Source of the DNA: Glaucostegus cemiculus
Taxonomy: Eukaryota
Reading direction: 5' to 3'
NCBI GenBank assembly: GCA_976551045.1
Contig: CDPCPM010000160.1
Coordinates: 1,054,001-1,118,000, forward strand
DNA: 64,000 nt
Shown: positions 63,861-64,000 of the stretch, piece by piece
Position numbering within the stretch: the first letter of the stretch is position 1
Layout of the letters: each line of letters begins with the position of its first letter
The notes under the pieces: model-generated
What the model saw: only the letters and a program-made list of their open reading frames with translations
What the model was told of the DNA's origin: nothing
Databases searched by the model: none
Made by a program: the position numbers and the translations under genes

Positions 63861-64000
63861 CCACTTGCGGCACAGTTCTCTCCGGGCATGCAACATACTG
63901 ACAATCCTCAATTTCCCGTTGAGTTTCCTACTGACTCTGCTGTTGACCGTGCCCAGATTATCTCCTCTCGAGAGGAGGGGGATTCATTCTCTCTACGTCC

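Noticed and set aside
1-64000. Prokaryotic-type systems (CRISPR arrays, operons) or V(D)J-type rearranging segments
   Set aside because: Sequence is intron-rich vertebrate DNA. No repeat-spacer arrays were seen. The IgV exons end in ordinary splice donors, and I saw no heptamer-spacer-nonamer signals beside them.

Overview
Vertebrate genomic DNA. The V-SINE/HE1-type, CR1, L1 and Penelope-like repeats suggest a cartilaginous fish, probably a ray or relative (inference only). The window holds a cluster of three spliced CEACAM-like immunoglobulin-superfamily receptor genes, reconstructed by hand from splice sites and exon phases. Gene A (- strand, ATG 10848, runs off the left edge) has leader, Cys-less IgV N domain, IgC2-A, and an IgC2-B exon with a 1-bp frameshift. 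Gene B (+ strand, 16705-47355, 15 exons, 2850 nt, 949 aa) is complete: leader, N, four IgC2 A-B pairs, a CEACAM1-like TM, and a tail with YENM plus a canonical ITAM (YMGL-x7-YSDL). Gene C (- strand, enters from the right edge, ends ~55474) has the same membrane-proximal and tail exon layout, but its first ITAM tyrosine codon is TTC (Phe) instead of TAC, leaving one ITIM-consensus SIYSDL, and YENM is YENF. The N domains of A and B differ mostly by amino-acid-changing substitutions. Together this looks like a paired activating/non-activating, probably pathogen-driven, CEACAM receptor system. The rest is intronic or intergenic decayed retroelements, two related LTR-like elements around the 5' end of gene A, and microsatellites. 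Repeat boundaries are approximate unless stated.
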